Positions 16,917 to 21,587 of a stretch of 21,587 nucleotides of DNA are shown piece by piece. Both the position numbers and the translations under genes were made by a program. Source of the stretch: an uncultured bacterium (GTDB taxonomy: Bacteria; CSSED10-310; CAZUFC01); contig CAZUFC010000011.1 in NCBI GenBank assembly GCA_964619725.1, positions 67,850 to 89,436 on the forward strand, written 5' to 3'. A model generated the notes under the pieces. The model was not told where the DNA came from and did no database searches. It saw nothing but the letters and a program-made list of their open reading frames with translations. Position 1 is the stretch's first letter. The number at the start of each line of letters is the position of its first letter.

Positions 16917-18074
16917 ATGATCAACAAATTGTCTTTATTTTTCGTCGGATTACTTGTTTTCTTTGTATTTCAACAGGAGAAGACGCTCTCGGCGCTCTTC
17001 GACAAAACCAATATTTTTTACCCGGTAACCGCAGACAGTGAAACTGCCCCGGTACCGAGTTCCGGTGATGCCGCCGACGATATAGCTGTCTGGGTAAACC
17101 AAGAATCGCCGGAGAAAAGCCTGATCATTGGAACTGACAAGCAGAGAGGTATAGCCGTTTATGATCTCAAGGGTCATGAAAGAAACTATTACGATGCAGG
17201 ACGAATAAACAACGTTGACGTCCGTTGCGGTTTTCCCCTGGTCGGCTCTGTGATAGATATCGTGGCCGGGACCAACCGGACCGACGATACGATAGTTATA
17301 TTTAAAATCATACCGGAAACGGGCGAACTGGAGAATATTGCAGCCGAAAAGATCAAATGCAGAATGAAGAGAGTTTACGGATTTTGTCTTTATCACAGCA
17401 GTCGGACGGATAATTTTTATGCCTTCGTCGTGGGTAAAAGCGGAGAGCTAGAACAATGGAAACTCTATGCCGATCAGCGGGATAAAATAGCTGCAAAATT
17501 AGTCCGATCCTTTGACGTGGGAGATATAAGCGAAGGTCTGGCAGCGGACGATCAAAACGGCCTGCTTTATGTCGCAGAAGAAGACAAAGGCATATGGAGA
17601 TATTCGGCGGAACCGGACGGAGGCGAAAGCAGAACTTTAGTCGATGATTTCAGCAATCCGAATTTGAAAGCCGACATTGAGGGTTTAACCATATTCTACG
17701 CCCCGGATGGAAAAGGGTATCTGATCGCTTCCAGCCAGGGTAACGACAGTTTCGCTGTTTATACGAGGGACAAATCAAACAAATACCTGGGAAGCTTCAA
17801 AATTCATCAGGGAGACATTTGCGACGGCGCTCAGGATACCGACGGCATTGACGTTACGGGAAGTTTCCTGGGAAAGATTTACCCTCATGGTTTATTCATT
17901 GTTCAGGACGGTTTCAATACAGACGACGGAAAAAGAATAAACCAGAATTTTAAATACGTCTCCTGGAAAAAAATAGCGGAAGCCTTTCAACCGTCTCTCA
18001 TAATCCCGGCAAAAAAAATAATTTTAAAACATTACTCCTTCTCCCCAAACGGAATCCCCCGGAAAACTCATTGA
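16917..18074 (+). CDS. phyC: Beta-propeller (Ca-dependent) phytase
   Basis: DAADDIAVW, IIGTDK, NNVDVR, YGFCLY, SEGLAADD, AEED.GIW, DIEGL, IASSQG, TDGID, GLFIVQDG, QNFKYV motifs of Bacillus-type phytases; N-terminal signal. GGAG spacing favours ATG 16917 over GTG 16908. Confidence 0.95.
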   Translation: MINKLSLFFVGLLVFFVFQQEKTLSALFDKTNIFYPVTADSETAPVPSSGDAADDIAVWVNQESPEKSLIIGTDKQRGIAVYDLKGHERNYYDAGRINNVDVRCGFPLVGSVIDIVAGTNRTDDTIVIFKIIPETGELENIAAEKIKCRMKRVYGFCLYHSSRTDNFYAFVVGKSGELEQWKLYADQRDKIAAKLVRSFDVGDISEGLAADDQNGLLYVAEEDKGIWRYSAEPDGGESRTLVDDFSNPNLKADIEGLTIFYAPDGKGYLIASSQGNDSFAVYTRDKSNKYLGSFKIHQGDICDGAQDTDGIDVTGSFLGKIYPHGLFIVQDGFNTDDGKRINQNFKYVSWKKIAEAFQPSLIIPAKKIILKHYSFSPNGIPRKTH

Positions 18075-18139
18075 TGTTTAAGGGACTGATCGAACCGGGG
18101 TTAAGCCTCTTTCAAAACTTTCGACAGTTTGTTTCTGTA

Positions 18140-18169
18140 ATCGGGGTCGGTATCGGGATCGAAATCGAA
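18140..18169. repeat. Degenerate hexamer tandem repeat
   Basis: ATCGGG GTCGGT ATCGGG ATCGAA ATCGAA, five RTCGRN units in an intergenic region. Confidence 0.6.
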
Positions 18170-18550
18170 ATAAAATGAGGGGATATTCTGTCGAATTGTA
18201 GCCTCAAAAGTCCTATTTTTGATAAATGCCGTGCTTTCTCTTCGGGACCTTTCCTCTTTCGATATCCCAAGCGCCGCTGCAGCCGGCATTCATATCGTCG
18301 CTATACACGACAGGGAAAACAGTCGGTTTCAAATGATTTCAACCTCTCCAGGGAAACAATAAAGCTGGAAGGCGAACAAATTTGTTTGCAATGCTTTTCG
18401 AATTGTGTTATTAGTTTCTTGATAAGCTATTTTGATCTGGACTTTCCGGCATGAAATTATTACAAGAATTTGTCGGGCTTTGAAAACGTATAATCATCGG
18501 ATTCTTTCATGGCTTTGCTTTCATGCTGACGAGAAAGGGAGCAACATAAA

Positions 18551-21500
18551 ATGATACGGATGATCCTGCAGGCATTTCGTTGTAAACGTTTTTTCTTTTC
18601 ATTAATTTTCCTTTCGCTGGGCATTTTTTGGGGGAAATTCAACGATGAAACGGAGGCCGGCCTTTCGCCTTATTCCGTAAAACGTTCAGAATTTCATCTC
18701 AAAGGTTCGAAATGCACGCCGACACCGATTAAGACGCCGACTTTAAAACCGACGCAGACCGAAACAGTTCCGGCGGCGCCGACTGTCTCATCAACATGCG
18801 TGACCATACGTCGCGACGTATCGGGAGAGGTCTGGGATACTTATGTCAGGAAGGATTATCCTAATTATAATTACGGCGAACAATCATATCTTTACGGCGG
18901 TAAGGAAAATTATGCTCTATGCCATTATCCGAGAAGGTCGTTGATTCGATTTAACATTGACGTCATACCGCCGGAAGCCATGATTGACTCTGCAACGTTT
19001 TATATTTATACGGCGACAGCGAAGTGTGGAACGGTAGAAGTTCACCGGGCGACTGTAGGGTGGGAGGAAAGCCAGGTAACGTGGAATACTTTCGATAACA
19101 ATTTCGCTGCCGAAATCGAGGGAGCTTTTATTACCGATTCCGTCGGATTCTATTACATCGACCTCACCGGTCTGGTCCGCGATTGGCATTGGGGATTGCT
19201 GGAAAACGAAGGAATCGTTCTAATCGAATATCTGAACGATTATGATCGTTTTATCAGCAGCGAATATTCTAATTTGAACTACAGACCTGCCTTAGAAATC
19301 TGTTATCGGCAGGCGCTTTCCACAGCGACGGCATCGCCGGAACCGACTTTTACACCGGTTCCGCCCACATACACGCCTACGCTTTGGCCGACGATAGTCC
19401 CGACTGTTGCGGCCACGGCCCGCTGTATTATTTATGGCGTTCACGACGAGAGCTTAAATGATTCGCAATTTTTTACGCTTGATCCTGCATCCGGGAACGC
19501 GCAATATCTCGGCGATATTCATCTGAATAAGGACATTGAAGGTCTGGATATTCATCCGGTTACGAATCGGATTTATGCTGTCAGCGGCAGCGACAGCTCC
19601 TCCGACGGAATGCTTTATGCCGTTGACGGAGAAACAGGCGCTTTAACATCGATTGGAAGTTCCGGTTTCAGTGAAATCACGGCTTTATCATTCAGACCAT
19701 CGGACGGGACTTTGTGGGGGGCTTCAGAAGGAACAGGTTTAATTCAAATCGATATCGCTACAGGCGCCGGGCATCTGGTCTATAACGTGGGCCTGAATAT
19801 TGAAGGACTGGCCTGGAACAACAACGGCGACATATTGTATGCGACCTCCGGAAACAATATCTATGCATACTTTCCGGCTGGGGGATACTTGTCCTTGCTG
19901 GCCTCCAATTTACCGGGCGAAACGGAAGCCCTGGAAATCAGGCCGGACGGCAAATTGTGGGGCGGCCTGGATGAAACGGGAACTTCCGGGATTGTGTTTG
20001 TGTATGATTTAAATGCATTGACGGTTATCGATATGCTTTCCATCGATACTTTTACCGATATTGAATCTCTTGCCTGGCCTGATTATTGTTCTCTGACGCC
20101 GACGCCTGAACCCACCGAAACTCTGCCGGTCATCCCGACGGAAACGCCGACGCCGGCACCTACCATTCAAACAACTCCGATACCCACTGCCGATTGTTTG
20201 CTTTATGCCGTCCACGACGAAAACCTTAACGATTCTCAATTCCTGACTATCGACCCCTCAACGGGAACGGTATTGCCGCTCGGCCCATTGCACCTTAACC
20301 AGGATATCGAAGGACTTGACGTTCATCCTATGACTAATGTCATCTACGCATGCGCAGGCAGCGACGGTCAATATGACGGCTGGCTTTTTAAACTCGATCC
20401 CCAAACAGGGCTTCTGTACCAATGGGTTTATACGGGATTCAGCGAAATAGTCGCCTTGTCTTTCAATCCCGTTGACAGCGTCCTTTGGGGTTGGTCGGAA
20501 GGCCTGGGTCTGATCACAATCGATGAGACGACAGGAACCGGGGTTTTGCAGTATTCTTCCGGGCTGAACGTGGAAGGGCTGGCCTGGAATTATGCGGGCT
20601 CCCTTCTTTATGCCGCATCAGGAACGGACCTCTATGTTTATGATCCGTCGTCATCGACTTTCAATTTTTTAGCAGATAATCTGCCGGGAGAAACAGAAGC
20701 TCTCGAAATGCGTCCTGACGGAATGCTCTGGGGCGGAATCCACGAACCGGGCGTGCAGGGCAGGATATTCACTTACGATATTAATACACTGCAGGTCAGA
20801 GCAGAATTCGACCTTTGGATTGACGATTATACTGACATTGAATCACTGGCCTGGCCGGAATATTGTTTATTTACTCCTACGCCGTTTCCGACGCTTTCGC
20901 CCACATTTATTCCCTCACGGACTCCCGAACCCACCGTCACTGATTCACCGACGAAAACGCCGACTCCCTCTATAACGCCGACGGAAACTTTCACCATTAC
21001 TCCTACAGTTACGCCGACCGAGACATTGACCCCTACCCGCACCCCTACGCTTACGCCTACCTGCCCGCCGACTCTCACTCCGACCATTTCTCCTACTAAA
21101 ACATCAACGATGTCTCCCACAGGCACGTTAACTCCCACAGAATCCCCTACGCTGTCGCCGACATTTACCTCAACACCCACCCGCACGCCGACTTCATCTC
21201 CCACTTCAACCCTTTCACCGACGCACACGGCCACCGCCACATGTTCACCGACATTAACGTCTACCGGCACGCTGACGCCGACTCTTTCACCCACGCTTAC
21301 CGCCACATTGACTCCTACTGATACCCCTACTCCTACAAAATCACCCACGCTTTCGCCCACTTTATCCCCTACAGTCACACTCACTCCGACCAAATCGCCG
21401 ACTCTGTCGCCCACCGTAACGATGACCCCGACCAGAACGCCCACCAGCACGCCGACACGAACCTTATCGCCCACCACATCGCCCACGCTCACTCAAACCA

Positions 21501-21587
21501 GCTCCCCAACCGCAACGCTATCCCCGACAAGAACACCTACACTGTCTCCCACAACCACCCTTTCGCCCACGCATTCGCCGACACGCA
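18551..21587 (+). CDS. Large secreted protein (>1012 aa, 3' end outside the window): DNRLRE/CBM96-like domain, two tandem beta-propeller domains, long Ser/Thr-Pro stalk
   Basis: Hand translation from ATG 18551 (AAAGGGAG SD) is open to the window end. Hydrophobic N-terminus; DTYV....PNYNYG...RSLIRFN...IP.EAMIDSATF...WEESQVTWN...DLTGLVRDW...NEGIVL...FISSE...RPALEI (DNRLRE pattern); two ~222 aa repeats; ~240 aa T/S/P tract. Absent from the ORF track. Confidence 0.92.
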   Translation, partial: MIRMILQAFRCKRFFFSLIFLSLGIFWGKFNDETEAGLSPYSVKRSEFHLKGSKCTPTPIKTPTLKPTQTETVPAAPTVSSTCVTIRRDVSGEVWDTYVRKDYPNYNYGEQSYLYGGKENYALCHYPRRSLIRFNIDVIPPEAMIDSATFYIYTATAKCGTVEVHRATVGWEESQVTWNTFDNNFAAEIEGAFITDSVGFYYIDLTGLVRDWHWGLLENEGIVLIEYLNDYDRFISSEYSNLNYRPALEICYRQALSTATASPEPTFTPVPPTYTPTLWPTIVPTVAATARCIIYGVHDESLNDSQFFTLDPASGNAQYLGDIHLNKDIEGLDIHPVTNRIYAVSGSDSSSDGMLYAVDGETGALTSIGSSGFSEITALSFRPSDGTLWGASEGTGLIQIDIATGAGHLVYNVGLNIEGLAWNNNGDILYATSGNNIYAYFPAGGYLSLLASNLPGETEALEIRPDGKLWGGLDETGTSGIVFVYDLNALTVIDMLSIDTFTDIESLAWPDYCSLTPTPEPTETLPVIPTETPTPAPTIQTTPIPTADCLLYAVHDENLNDSQFLTIDPSTGTVLPLGPLHLNQDIEGLDVHPMTNVIYACAGSDGQYDGWLFKLDPQTGLLYQWVYTGFSEIVALSFNPVDSVLWGWSEGLGLITIDETTGTGVLQYSSGLNVEGLAWNYAGSLLYAASGTDLYVYDPSSSTFNFLADNLPGETEALEMRPDGMLWGGIHEPGVQGRIFTYDINTLQVRAEFDLWIDDYTDIESLAWPEYCLFTPTPFPTLSPTFIPSRTPEPTVTDSPTKTPTPSITPTETFTITPTVTPTETLTPTRTPTLTPTCPPTLTPTISPTKTSTMSPTGTLTPTESPTLSPTFTSTPTRTPTSSPTSTLSPTHTATATCSPTLTSTGTLTPTLSPTLTATLTPTDTPTPTKSPTLSPTLSPTVTLTPTKSPTLSPTVTMTPTRTPTSTPTRTLSPTTSPTLTQTSSPTATLSPTRTPTLSPTTTLSPTHSPTR
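19424..20866 (+). repeat. Intragenic domain duplication (19424-20089 and 20195-20866)
   Basis: CIIYGVHDESLNDSQF...DIESLAWPDYC versus CLLYAVHDENLNDSQF...DIESLAWPEYC, about 59% aa identity by hand alignment, separated by a PT linker. Confidence 0.92.

Noticed and set aside
19424-20866. Duplicated domains as a diversity-generating retroelement TR/VR pair
   Set aside because: Both copies are in frame in one gene, differences are not adenine-specific, and no reverse transcriptase is present.
20827-21492. 221 aa Val/Gly-rich minus-strand ORF
   Set aside because: Antisense shadow of the S/T-P stalk of the 18551 gene.

Overview
Bacterial chromosomal window dominated by cell-envelope and secreted proteins. 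These are a truncated collagen-like protein, a beta-helix protein and an FG-GAP/ASPIC-UnbV protein (both ending in an IPTL-CTERM-like anchor), and a truncated DNRLRE + twin beta-propeller protein with a long Ser/Thr-Pro stalk. Also present: two GT2 glycosyltransferases (one Ppm1/DPM1-like), a HAD-IB phosphatase, a REC-HDOD signalling protein, a chorismate mutase-DAHP synthase fusion, a TPR + Ig-like protein, a PA14-SGNH membrane protein and a beta-propeller phytase. The two edge-truncated genes (1..587 and 18551..21587) are missing from the ORF track and were translated by hand. The main non-coding signals are three diverged copies of a 130-177 bp terminally palindromic intergenic element with a swappable central module, and a local C-to-G skew switch at an AT-rich intergenic region (~12.4-12.8 kb) with DnaA-box-like 9-mers. 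No rRNA, tRNA, CRISPR array, transposase or integrase was recognised. All identities and base counts are hand counts and should be recomputed.
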